From positions 1 to 64,000 of IMG/VR virus record IMGVR_UViG_3300034103_001027: a stretch of 64,000 bases of DNA; one strand, written 5' to 3'. The notes beneath the pieces were generated by a model. It saw only the letters and a program-made list of their open reading frames with translations. It was not told where the DNA came from and did not search any database. The stretch comes from a virus. Below are positions 45,589 to 54,694 of the stretch, piece by piece. How positions within the stretch are numbered: the first letter of the stretch is position 1; each line of letters starts with the position of its first letter. The translations under genes were made by a program, and so were the position numbers.

Positions 45589-47670
45589 CTATTCGTAGAA
45601 GCCTGTATCTTCTTCCATGTCTTCATCTGGAGCCGGATTAAATCCATCCAGCTGCTCAGGTGCAACACCGATACCTTCAACCATCATCTTGTGAGCCTTC
45701 TCTGCGTTGTTAAGCTGTAGCTTGCCAATGGCAGCCATCTGCTTCGCCTTGGCCATCTCTCGATCTTCTTGCATCGCAGCGATCTCTTCCTCAGATGGCC
45801 CTTGTTGCTGCTGTTGCACAGGTGGGTACTCCCAGGAACTGGTATCCTGGTCGATGGACTTGCCGATAGCACGAATCAAGCTGTTGAGAGGTTCTGTATT
45901 GCCAGTTGTTCCTGCGTACCATTGTGCCACTGGCAGCATGAAGGCCGACATTTGTTGCATGTTCTGAGCCTCTCTGGCCTTATTTGGTCGTCGGGTGGAC
46001 CCAGCTTCGATCATGATGGTCATCTCGCGGAAGTACACATCAGGGTCCGCCTTGGTGATTAGTTCGGTCCACAGTTCTGACCCGAATGGGCCAAGAAGAG
46101 GCTTAAGAGTCGGGCCTTCTACGGAGTAACCAGCAGCGATGCGCTCGACGTTCGCGATGTCTGACTGCCACTCCTCCACTCTGGAAGCCATAAACTCCGG
46201 TCTTACTGCGACAGCCTCGCCCTTGATATTCGCGTCTGCTGCCGTTCTTGTAACCTTACCCCCAGGATTCAGGCCGTACATTAGGTCGGTTAATCCTACG
46301 GCCTTATCGAAGCTGGCGCTCATGATCTCAACCATGCGCCAGACATCCATATTTAGCGGCTGCCTCTTAACACTGGAGATGAATTGGTCTATGGCCTCTC
46401 CAGCTGATGGATTGAGCGAGATGACCTCATGCCTCAGGCTGAGGATCTTAGAGACTGTGTCGCTATCCAGGACGTTACTGATGGCTATCTTGTCCAGGCT
46501 GTCCCTGTACGCCTTCTCTGCAATGGAGCAGAGGATTAAATTCATGATGGTCAACTGGCCAAGTCCAGCGCTGACTGTGGCGATAGGCCAGCATGTCTGC
46601 GGGTTATCCCAGAAGTCCAGGAGGCACACGGGCCATCTGCCATCCCTGTAGTACGGGATCGGCCAATCCATTCTCGCCTTGAGTTGCGAAAGCTCGATAG
46701 TAGAGGCTTCATCGTTTCTCAGGTTCAGTAATTCATTGACACCTGGACATACACAGAGGTAAGCTTCATCTCCTACCTCATCCTCAAACGCCTGATGCCA
46801 TTCCTGCGCGCCTGAGCCATTGAATCGCGTCCCAACGCCACATAGGCTGAATATCTCGTACCAGACAGTCAAGTCATTGACATTCCTGGGGGCCTTATTC
46901 ATCTTGCTGACTTCAGCGCCCATTCGAGAGGCTACCGATGCGCCTTTGCCCTTAAGGCTGTTGCGAGGCCAGTTGAACCGTCTCTCGACTTCCCAGTGCG
47001 GATCGCAATGCTTGATGGCAACCCACTTGCATCCAGAGAGATCCCCTTGTTTGCAATTGGGGTCAATGAACAGGTCGTCGACATTGATCCTGAAGCCACC
47101 TGTAAGCTCGTAGTTGGCTCCATGGGGCTTGTACGTGTCAATCTTGATCACTCCACGCCCCTTAATCAGGGCATCAAGGATCGCAAGCCTGCTCTGAGCC
47201 TTCAGGCCGCCTCCAGGCTGCTCTCGCTGGGAGTAATTGAGATATCGCTCCATGATCTTGCATGTAGCGTCATTGATGGCCCTGGTTTGTGCCTGCTCCA
47301 TAAGGAACTGTTGTGCCATTGGCGCAGCTTCGGGCGATTGCAGGTCTATGCCCCTTAGCGCCAGTGGCACAGAAGGGTCAATGTCCAGCGCGGAATACAT
47401 TGAAGCGTACCGTCCCGCATCGGCCCACATAAGGGACGGGCCAACAATGGACGTAAGCTCGAAGGTTTTGTTAAGGGTCAATCGAAACTGAGGCGCAGGT
47501 AATCCACCAAGAAACCTGGATCGAAATGAATCGTTCCACATTGCGTCCATGGAGCCGGTAAAGAAGGTCTGGCAGATCTCAGCAGTCTTGCTGAATGGTG
47601 CCTTAGCTTCTTCTGCGGCCTTGATGGCAGCGGACCAGATTTTTGGTAGAGCGCCTAGATCGACTTGCAT
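45589..47670 (-). CDS. portal protein
   Basis: 693 aa, downstream of TerL. DALIKGRGVIK, DLFIDP and TAADANI segments plus a Gln-rich tail are as in P22-like portals. Confidence 0.8.
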   Translation of the reverse strand: MQVDLGALPKIWSAAIKAAEEAKAPFSKTAEICQTFFTGSMDAMWNDSFRSRFLGGLPAPQFRLTLNKTFELTSIVGPSLMWADAGRYASMYSALDIDPSVPLALRGIDLQSPEAAPMAQQFLMEQAQTRAINDATCKIMERYLNYSQREQPGGGLKAQSRLAILDALIKGRGVIKIDTYKPHGANYELTGGFRINVDDLFIDPNCKQGDLSGCKWVAIKHCDPHWEVERRFNWPRNSLKGKGASVASRMGAEVSKMNKAPRNVNDLTVWYEIFSLCGVGTRFNGSGAQEWHQAFEDEVGDEAYLCVCPGVNELLNLRNDEASTIELSQLKARMDWPIPYYRDGRWPVCLLDFWDNPQTCWPIATVSAGLGQLTIMNLILCSIAEKAYRDSLDKIAISNVLDSDTVSKILSLRHEVISLNPSAGEAIDQFISSVKRQPLNMDVWRMVEIMSASFDKAVGLTDLMYGLNPGGKVTRTAADANIKGEAVAVRPEFMASRVEEWQSDIANVERIAAGYSVEGPTLKPLLGPFGSELWTELITKADPDVYFREMTIMIEAGSTRRPNKAREAQNMQQMSAFMLPVAQWYAGTTGNTEPLNSLIRAIGKSIDQDTSSWEYPPVQQQQQGPSEEEIAAMQEDREMAKAKQMAAIGKLQLNNAEKAHKMMVEGIGVAPEQLDGFNPAPDEDMEEDTGFYE

Positions 47671-48017
47671 TAGACTTCGACTTTCTTGCCCTGCAGCGCC
47701 TTGATTCGTTTTTCAATGTACTGCTTCGCTAGTGGGGCAGGCTCCCAACAACCTTTGCGAGATGCTGCAGTGCTGATATTCCCTCGAGAGTCAAACACTC
47801 TTCGGTCGCCGATATGGAATACGCCGTCTTGATACATGGCGGACCCATCGGTGTCTGGGAAGAAATTGATGTCAGCTTGGCCTTGATCCCACCCCTTGTG
47901 GATGATTCCGTTGAGCGGAGTTGCGTTTGGGTCAACGCGGCCACCTGGCCAGTAGAGGACGGGGATTCCGGTTTCTGGTACTTCGGAGTAGTGATCTGGC
48001 TGTGTTTCTGGGGTCAT
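47670..48017 (-). CDS. hypothetical protein
   Basis: 115-aa ORF between the terminase and portal genes. Confidence 0.6.
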   Translation of the reverse strand: MTPETQPDHYSEVPETGIPVLYWPGGRVDPNATPLNGIIHKGWDQGQADINFFPDTDGSAMYQDGVFHIGDRRVFDSRGNISTAASRKGCWEPAPLAKQYIEKRIKALQGKKVEV

Positions 48018-48027
48018 GTTCTTTCCG

Positions 48028-49716
48028 TTAGTAAAAGGTTCCTATTGAGACTGTTGGTCTCTCCGTGTTTTGCCCAAACTTTTTCATGTATCGCTGATAC
48101 GCTGGGCTCGCATCCTCGATGGTTGGCTTGATAAAGAAGTAATACGGTTTCGATCCTGCAAAGTATCCGAGCGCGTCAGCTACGTCGCTTGGCTGCCCGT
48201 CCGCTTTGCGTTCATCGACAGCTTCTTTTTGAATCACTTTCTTCTTCAGTTTGGTTAGCTGGACGCAAAGGTTTGGGCATCTGTGTGTCACGATCCTTAA
48301 CCTGGGAAGCCCTTTTTGATTCGGATGCATCCAGCCGTTGATAATCATTTGCCTACCGCCGACATCATCGCTGCCAGGGCGGAACCTGTGTTTCGTTGAG
48401 AAGCATGTTAGGCCAGCTAGCAAGAAGGCCCTTTCGTACTCATCTACAATCCGGCACCCAAAACCCATCGGCGTCTGTCGGGATGCCCTATGGTCAATAA
48501 TGAACTTGAAGAATTTCTCATCCTGAGCCTCTCGCTTGATCAACTGAGCGAGCTGAACCGCATCAGCTCTTCCCGGATAAAATTCTTGATACGGGACGAA
48601 GTATTCACCAAACTCCGGTGGAGGGACTGCACACAAAAGAGCAGCGGGTGCAGAAGTTCCTGGATCGACGATAAGGTATTTAGTCCATGTATTAGGAGGA
48701 AGCCCATCACGAGAACGAAGAGTCCGACTAACCACATCTTCACGATCCTCATCATCAATAATTGCTGAGTGAACATACTTATCAAACAGTGGGTACATCC
48801 TAAGGTTTGCAGAGACAAATAGTCCCTTGTCTCGAGCCATCGCTTCTTCTGGTGTCGAGCACCCCGCAAGAAACTCGGCTATCGCCTTCCGGCCTAAATG
48901 CCTGTTGCCAGACATTGTTAGCATGACCTTGCGGGCGATGTGGTGATTACCGGCCTCGATCTCCCGGTCAATCATGTCCACGTATTTCTTCAAGTCCTCG
49001 CTGTCCTCGTCAGGCCATGACGACCACATGAGCCGTCCATCCCTATCGAGCAGTCGAGCCTTGGCTTCATCCACATACCCGTCGATATAGCACCGCTCGT
49101 CAATCCATATTTCATCAACCGGATCTCCAGGCTGCGGTGCGCCACGACTTGAAAATGCGAATATCTCTGCAAGGTCTTCTCCGGTCGACGGGTCCTTGAT
49201 AATGACCTTATTGAAGATGTTCTCGCTCTTAACATTCCATGAGATACTCTTAATGAATCTCTTGGGTATCAGAGGCGGACTATCCTTCGGCTTAAGCCCC
49301 TTGTCTTTGTCTGGGTCGTATGCTCTTAGCTCTTTAGTCAGTGGGTCGGTGACGACCTTGAATAGTCCTGACTTGAAGAGAACTCTGTGTATTGTTCTTC
49401 CTATGGCGGATTCGTCGAATGCCACGATATACATTCGCAGGCATCTACCCTTCTGCCACGGCTCTCTGAGGTCAACTGTCCGTCCGTCTGCTAGTGTTAC
49501 TGGCGTGTCCGTCGCTATCGCAGCGAACACATGAGCTAGTACAACTGTTTTTCCCGCGCGGTTCCCGCCTTGGCAGCAAGTATACTTGGCCCTTGGCATG
49601 TCATATAAAGGCTCTTGCTTGTCGGTTGGCCTGAATATCCTGATGGCCATCCTGGATCGCTCGACGAGTTCTACGGCTGCTGCTGCTTCTACTGCAGTGA
49701 AGTTCAGCCCTGCCAT
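48028..49716 (-). CDS. terL: terminase large subunit
   Basis: PTDKQ adenine-binding motif, Walker A GGNRAGKT, Walker B EIWIDE, nuclease motifs IVDPG and D..DALGY. Confidence 0.9.
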   Translation of the reverse strand: MAGLNFTAVEAAAAVELVERSRMAIRIFRPTDKQEPLYDMPRAKYTCCQGGNRAGKTVVLAHVFAAIATDTPVTLADGRTVDLREPWQKGRCLRMYIVAFDESAIGRTIHRVLFKSGLFKVVTDPLTKELRAYDPDKDKGLKPKDSPPLIPKRFIKSISWNVKSENIFNKVIIKDPSTGEDLAEIFAFSSRGAPQPGDPVDEIWIDERCYIDGYVDEAKARLLDRDGRLMWSSWPDEDSEDLKKYVDMIDREIEAGNHHIARKVMLTMSGNRHLGRKAIAEFLAGCSTPEEAMARDKGLFVSANLRMYPLFDKYVHSAIIDDEDREDVVSRTLRSRDGLPPNTWTKYLIVDPGTSAPAALLCAVPPPEFGEYFVPYQEFYPGRADAVQLAQLIKREAQDEKFFKFIIDHRASRQTPMGFGCRIVDEYERAFLLAGLTCFSTKHRFRPGSDDVGGRQMIINGWMHPNQKGLPRLRIVTHRCPNLCVQLTKLKKKVIQKEAVDERKADGQPSDVADALGYFAGSKPYYFFIKPTIEDASPAYQRYMKKFGQNTERPTVSIGTFY

Positions 49717-50447
49717 TATTCCTCCGTGTACTCGTCAGCTTTGGGGTCGTATTCAGTATCTTCCCCTGTATTATTCTCTTCTGGAAATTTTTCTATTTCC
49801 GAATACTCGGCATCGATAATGACGCCGCCCTTTTCGAGGATCTCAGTGACAAGTGACGGGTCGGCTTTGATGCACGCCAGAAACACTTTCCTTCTTATGC
49901 CTCTGTCTGATACGGCTTGCGCGATGACTGCCGTTTGCAGTGCTGGGTCTTCCGAGAACGCCTTGAGTGCGATATTAGCGAGGATTGACTCTAGATCCGC
50001 TTCATCCAGTGATCCAACATCGAGTTGCTTATCAGCGTCAGCGGCCTTGGCGTGTCGCGAGATCAGGTCAAACCAGTCCTTTCGGAGGTTGAGGCTTGGC
50101 TCGTAGAATTCCTTCTCCTCGATGGATAGGCCATTGCCGAGAGCTTTTTGGAACTCTTCATGCATCAGCTTGGCAAAGCCTTCATGCCCGCCAACTTCGG
50201 CAAAAAAAGAGGACATGACCATTGGCATGGCCTGTCCGTCTTTGCCTTTATCTTTTAGTGCTGCTAGAAGCTTCGTTGCAGCGCGGGTGCGGACCCTGCT
50301 TTCGGATCTGGTGATTATGCCTTTGGCTTGGTCGTTGTGATCCATAATACAATCTCGGCACAGTCCACTTGTTAGTTCGGCATTCCTGAAGACAAAGCCG
50401 CACGTCATGCAGTGCGAGTGCTGTTTATCTACCTTGGGCCAAACCAT
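49716..50447 (-). CDS. candidate terminase small subunit with an N-terminal Zn ribbon
   Basis: Coupled to the terL start. CMTC...CRDC at the N-terminus and an acidic tail. The assignment is positional only. Confidence 0.4.
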   Translation of the reverse strand: MVWPKVDKQHSHCMTCGFVFRNAELTSGLCRDCIMDHNDQAKGIITRSESRVRTRAATKLLAALKDKGKDGQAMPMVMSSFFAEVGGHEGFAKLMHEEFQKALGNGLSIEEKEFYEPSLNLRKDWFDLISRHAKAADADKQLDVGSLDEADLESILANIALKAFSEDPALQTAVIAQAVSDRGIRRKVFLACIKADPSLVTEILEKGGVIIDAEYSEIEKFPEENNTGEDTEYDPKADEYTEE

Positions 50448-50458
50448 GTTTCTTCCAG

Positions 50459-50490
50459 AAAAAAAGGCGGGCAGCAACGAGCCACCCGCC
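50459..50490 (-). terminator. rho-independent terminator after the capsid operon
   Basis: GGCGGG-loop-CCCGCC followed by T7 on the minus strand. Confidence 0.8.
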
Positions 50491-50539
50491 CTCTAGCGGC
50501 TTTCGTTACCGATTTAGCCGCCATCCCCAGATTGTGTGA

Positions 50540-50740
50540 TTAGCTGTTGCCCTTCATGCCCTGCATTTTCAGCGGGCTTGACGACAGAGAGCCAATCGGT
50601 TCTGTTCCGACCTTATTTGGGAAGCCAGATGGCCGTGGAATCACGTTCTGGACCTTTCCCTTAGACAGGGCGACTTTCGCGTCTGCACGATTGGAATCGT
50701 TCAGCTTCGCGCCGCCCAGGTTCATTTTTCCATTAGCCAT
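50540..50740 (-). CDS. small basic hypothetical protein
   Basis: 66 aa, AAGGA RBS, last gene before the terminator. Confidence 0.6.
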   Translation of the reverse strand: MANGKMNLGGAKLNDSNRADAKVALSKGKVQNVIPRPSGFPNKVGTEPIGSLSSSPLKMQGMKGNS

Positions 50741-50757
50741 GAGGTACTTCCTTGTTG

Positions 50758-51678
50758 TTAGGCTGCGACGAGTTCGTAAGTAATTAGCGCATGAACTGCA
50801 GTTGCGCCAGTCAAGTCACCACCATCCTTAATGATGGTGATTGCAGTGTTTGCGTCACATGCAGCAAAGCTCGCGCCGTCAGCCAGGACTAGGCCGTTGG
50901 TGGCTGTTCCAATTCGCAGCACTACACTGCGACCCAGACCGGCAATCTTAGCGTCCATGAGCGATACGGGTGACGAGGATTGCGTTCCACGCACCAGTAT
51001 CCCAGTGATTCCTGCGGTTGTTCCGCCGACCGCAATCAATGACAGGTCGTGCAGTCTGTATTTATATCCAGGTACTGCTGGTAGCAGTGTTGCGCCAGCA
51101 TTGACATTTGCAGTGGTCGTCTCGACCCTAGCAGTCTGGACTACACCAGCAGCGGCTGCTGGTCGTGCTGTACTGAAGTCGCACGAGACGTCCGATAGCA
51201 CATTGTTGGCCACTGCTTCGAGAGCCACGATGTTTCCTGCTGTTCCAGCCACCAGCTTGCCGCTGGTGCCGCACACGAGGTTTGCGCCTTTAGATACGGT
51301 CGCACCGCCAAGTCCTTCAATGCGGCTGGCCTTGGTGATGATCAGGAATAGCTCGTCGTCTGCAACGTCGGATGTTAGGAATGGATCGACGATGCCGCAT
51401 GGGGCAGTGCCCGTGGTGCATTGAACGACATCGGTGTCCATGCGAGTTCCGGAGGTGTCAGGTGTTACCAGAGACCCTGGCTTCAGCGCACCACCGCTCG
51501 TATTCTTAACCCACTTGGTCTTAACTCGGCCACTATTCAAGACATAGAATATGTCGTTGGCTGAGTCATAACGCATTGCGACATCATCGCGCTCGTCACC
51601 AAGCAAGCCTGGTTCTTGAGCGGAGTCAGCCGCCGCTACTTTCTGCCCGAGGGCATATCTTCCGTGAAAACTAGACAT
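50758..51678 (-). CDS. capsid decoration/cement protein
   Basis: Immediately downstream of the major capsid gene. WVKNTSG.AL.PG and G.VDPFL motifs; strong AAGGAG RBS. Confidence 0.6.
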   Translation of the reverse strand: MSSFHGRYALGQKVAAADSAQEPGLLGDERDDVAMRYDSANDIFYVLNSGRVKTKWVKNTSGGALKPGSLVTPDTSGTRMDTDVVQCTTGTAPCGIVDPFLTSDVADDELFLIITKASRIEGLGGATVSKGANLVCGTSGKLVAGTAGNIVALEAVANNVLSDVSCDFSTARPAAAAGVVQTARVETTTANVNAGATLLPAVPGYKYRLHDLSLIAVGGTTAGITGILVRGTQSSSPVSLMDAKIAGLGRSVVLRIGTATNGLVLADGASFAACDANTAITIIKDGGDLTGATAVHALITYELVAA

Positions 51679-51705
51679 TTTGTATATTGCTCCTTGATTG
51701 ACTGG

Positions 51706-52815
51706 TTATGCTGCGTAGTAAGCGCCGGTGTACTTGGGCTGATGGACATAGTTGCCCAAGAAGCCTACTAGGAATTGACTCAACTGGCTTTCTGTGGACC
51801 AATCAGTGTCAGTGAAGAACAGGTCGCTGTGTACTGAGTACAGGGCTGACGTTGATGGGTTGATCGCAAAGCCTTGACCTGCTGGGCAGTCAAAGTCGCT
51901 GGTGATCAAGGATCCACCGTAAGTCAGCGTGTCAGGGAAGCCTAGATTAGAGGCGTAATCGCTAACGCGAGTTCGCTCTCGTTCTTCCAGTCTGTCCTCG
52001 ACGGCGCTGTACAATTCTTGCGACAGCAACTGAACGACAGGAGCAGCGCCTTCGCCACCAGTGTGACGGATTGACTGAGTCATTCGTCGCATCGCTTTCA
52101 AGCAGTTAGCTGCCCATCCTGTCGATGCGCCGATGCTGGCCGAGACGTTCATGATCTTGGGACTGTTGTAGTCATAATCGCTGGAGCCAGAACCAAGTGG
52201 CCAGTCAGTAAGTAGCGCGGCGCATGGACGGCCTGATCCAATATTGTTGGACCATGTCCCGCCAATGGCTCCAAGAGCGATTGACAGTCCACCGTAGGTG
52301 GTTCCTGCGGTTGGCTTCATGATCCACTCAGTGGATGGTGAGCCAGGCGTGTCACCCTTCAAGAAGCTCTTGATCCCAGTCATGTACTGAGAGTTTGCTC
52401 CACTGTTGTCGATGTAGAACTGGCCGTTCAACTTGCGAGTCATCGCTCGAACCAAGCGGTCCATCTTCTTGCCAGCTTCGTCAACGATTGCTTGAGGCGA
52501 ATCGCTGTTGATCATTTGGAATCGACGACGCATAGTGTCGGTTGACTCTAGTTCGGCGTGCGAAATTCGCAGTTGCTCGTAAACTTGGGTTTCGTCCCAT
52601 ACGTGACGGTCGCTGCCAGTGATGGCACGAACCTTTGGCTCGCGTACTTCGATGTCCCAGACCATTTCTGGAGCCTTCATGTTCAGGATAACATTACCCT
52701 GGATTTCCATGAGCTTCAGCAAAAGGCGATTTCGGATGGTGTGATCGGTGGCTTCCTTAAAGTAGGCTGGCACCGTTACTTTGAGCGCGGCTAGCGCTTC
52801 AGCAATGGCATTCAC
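51706..52815 (-). CDS. major capsid protein
   Basis: 369 aa, downstream of the scaffold gene. M.G+.S, TYGG, LGF..L.Y.G..I..D.DCP and L.N.....P segments are consistent with an HK97-fold capsid protein. AAGGAG RBS. Confidence 0.8.
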   Translation of the reverse strand: MNAIAEALAALKVTVPAYFKEATDHTIRNRLLLKLMEIQGNVILNMKAPEMVWDIEVREPKVRAITGSDRHVWDETQVYEQLRISHAELESTDTMRRRFQMINSDSPQAIVDEAGKKMDRLVRAMTRKLNGQFYIDNSGANSQYMTGIKSFLKGDTPGSPSTEWIMKPTAGTTYGGLSIALGAIGGTWSNNIGSGRPCAALLTDWPLGSGSSDYDYNSPKIMNVSASIGASTGWAANCLKAMRRMTQSIRHTGGEGAAPVVQLLSQELYSAVEDRLEERERTRVSDYASNLGFPDTLTYGGSLITSDFDCPAGQGFAINPSTSALYSVHSDLFFTDTDWSTESQLSQFLVGFLGNYVHQPKYTGAYYAA

Positions 52816-52880
52816 AGGTTGATACTCCTTACTGTGTTATGTTGCCTGGCCAGCCTCATGCCGACCAATGGGGTTGTCCG

Positions 52881-54122
52881 CTAGTTTCTCCACCCGCTGA
52901 CCCGCTCGGCGTTCTCTGGATTCATTCGAACCATATTTGCCAGGCGAAGCGTTGGGAGAGTTTTCGATACATGCCCAACGTCTGCCGCTGGGGTTTGTTG
53001 ATTTGGTACTGGCTGTCTGTTGTCAGCCAAGAGTCGTTTTTGCTGCGCCTGAGTTAGGACGGGTGCTGGCTCGGCGACTGCTGCTTGTGCTTGTGCTTGT
53101 TGAGTCCCTGCTGTCGCGAACTCAAGTGCGAGTTGTCGCAGTGTGATTTCTGGAGCGCCGGGAAGTTGTGTTCGCAATTGCGAAAGCTTGTTCTTGAAAG
53201 TGCTTCCCGCTTTAGTCCAGGCAACGTCGCCGGATCCGAAGAAGTCTTGTTTTGGCTCGCCGTTTGCGTCCAAGTGGAACAGGACAGACTTGTTTACTTC
53301 GTGCCACTGCTGGAGTGACTGCCTGCTCTGTCGCTCTTGCTCGGCCTGGACGTAACTCTGTCGCTCTTGCTCGACTCGGGAGTTCATCTCAGCAAACCTG
53401 GCTTCGATGATTCTCTGTGCCTTTTCCTCGGCGATTTTCTCGATAATCTCTTTGCTGTCTTCGACTACTGCCATCGGGTTCCGTAGGAGCATGTCAGCCT
53501 GCTCTCGGGATGCCCTTTCGTACTCGTTGATTGTACGGGCTGCATCGATACTCACCGCGCCGAATGAAGTAATTGGCTTGGCGTAACCACTGTCATCGCG
53601 TTCGACGTAGTTTTCCAGTAGTGGATCATACTTCTGCAGCTCACGGAACCGTCTCGCGATTTGTTGCGATTGAGTCTCTGGTCCCGTTGGTTGAGAATGT
53701 CCTGTTGTGTCCTGAGGGGCAGCCGCAGACTGAGCGGGTTGACTCTGAGAAGCTCTAAGCTGTTCTAACTCGTCCCTGAGTCGCGCTGCTTCCGACATAG
53801 CTTGCGAACCCGCCAAAGCGCGAGAGATGACGCTTTCGTAGAGTTCTGCAGGATCAGTCCCTTCATCGACAGTGATACCCTTCTGTCTGAGAAGGTCTTC
53901 AAACCTGATGGCCGCCTCTGAAGGCTGGCCCTGCCCCTGGTCTAAAACTGAAGCGGCATCCGTGCCTTCTACTGTCTCTATTCCCGGCGACAGTGCTTCA
54001 GTTGTAACCTGCGATACTTCCTCGCTAACCGTTGTAGCTGCAGTATCGCTTGTTTGAGTTGTGTCTGCTTGTGTTTTGCTGCTGGACATAAAGTCCGCAA
54101 AACGAAGTTCTTGGGATGTCAT
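52881..54122 (-). CDS. putative capsid scaffolding protein
   Basis: Acidic, rich in Q/A/E, coiled-coil, directly upstream of the major capsid gene. Confidence 0.65.
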   Translation of the reverse strand: MTSQELRFADFMSSSKTQADTTQTSDTAATTVSEEVSQVTTEALSPGIETVEGTDAASVLDQGQGQPSEAAIRFEDLLRQKGITVDEGTDPAELYESVISRALAGSQAMSEAARLRDELEQLRASQSQPAQSAAAPQDTTGHSQPTGPETQSQQIARRFRELQKYDPLLENYVERDDSGYAKPITSFGAVSIDAARTINEYERASREQADMLLRNPMAVVEDSKEIIEKIAEEKAQRIIEARFAEMNSRVEQERQSYVQAEQERQSRQSLQQWHEVNKSVLFHLDANGEPKQDFFGSGDVAWTKAGSTFKNKLSQLRTQLPGAPEITLRQLALEFATAGTQQAQAQAAVAEPAPVLTQAQQKRLLADNRQPVPNQQTPAADVGHVSKTLPTLRLANMVRMNPENAERVSGWRN

Positions 54123-54127
54123 TTGTA

Positions 54128-54197
54128 CTCTACTGGGGGATAGTGTCGCTTTGCCATCGCTCGGGTGGCTTTAATGCGATTTATTCCCCAAGTGGAG
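54128..54197. other. long imperfect hairpin in the divergent intergenic region
   Basis: Nested pairings CTCTACT/AGTGGAG, GGGGGATAG/TTATTCCCC, GTCGC/GCGAT and GCCATC/GGTGGC. Confidence 0.6.
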
Positions 54198-54294
54198 TCA
54201 GTGACTAGAAAGCTCCCGAATTGAGTATCAAAAAAATAAAAAAATCGAAAAAGGAATAATGTGTAGGCAATGGTTCTTTTTAAGAAAGGTGTTT

Positions 54295-54507
54295 ATGGAC
54301 AGTATTCCTCCAACGGAAGAGTGGCTATCAGCTAAGGAAGTGGCGGCAATCTTTGGCGTCAGCGTGTCTCGGGTTTATTTTGCGCATAGTACTGGACGCA
54401 GGAATTCGTCTGGATCGCTAGTGCGGCTGACTATGTTTCGGACTCTGTCCGGACTGGCTACGACCAGGAAGCTCGTGGATGAGTTCCTGCTGAAGCTGAA
54501 TGGTTAG
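54295..54507 (+). CDS. excisionase-like winged HTH protein (DUF1580-like)
   Basis: WLSAKEVAAIFGVSVSRVY...G......V.L...R......TT...V..F. AAGGTG RBS. Confidence 0.7.
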   Translation: MDSIPPTEEWLSAKEVAAIFGVSVSRVYFAHSTGRRNSSGSLVRLTMFRTLSGLATTRKLVDEFLLKLNG

Positions 54508-54694
54508 AAGCCCATGCACTGGAAATTGTATCTTATGTGATACAATATGCATTGGCTGTGGCAGGACTCTCGATGAGATATTTCGATGGCGCGCTATGCG
54601 CGACTGCGAGAAGCTCGAGGTTTTGAGGCGGACGGGAGCACTGGACTGTGAGTCCACTTCCAGCGATGAATCAGCCGAAGGTGATCCGCGCTAA
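54500..54694 (+). CDS. DUF1289 family Cys-rich protein
   Basis: SPCTGNC.....CIGCGRTLDEI..W..M. Confidence 0.8.
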   Translation: MVRSPCTGNCILCDTICIGCGRTLDEIFRWRAMRDCEKLEVLRRTGALDCESTSSDESAEGDPR

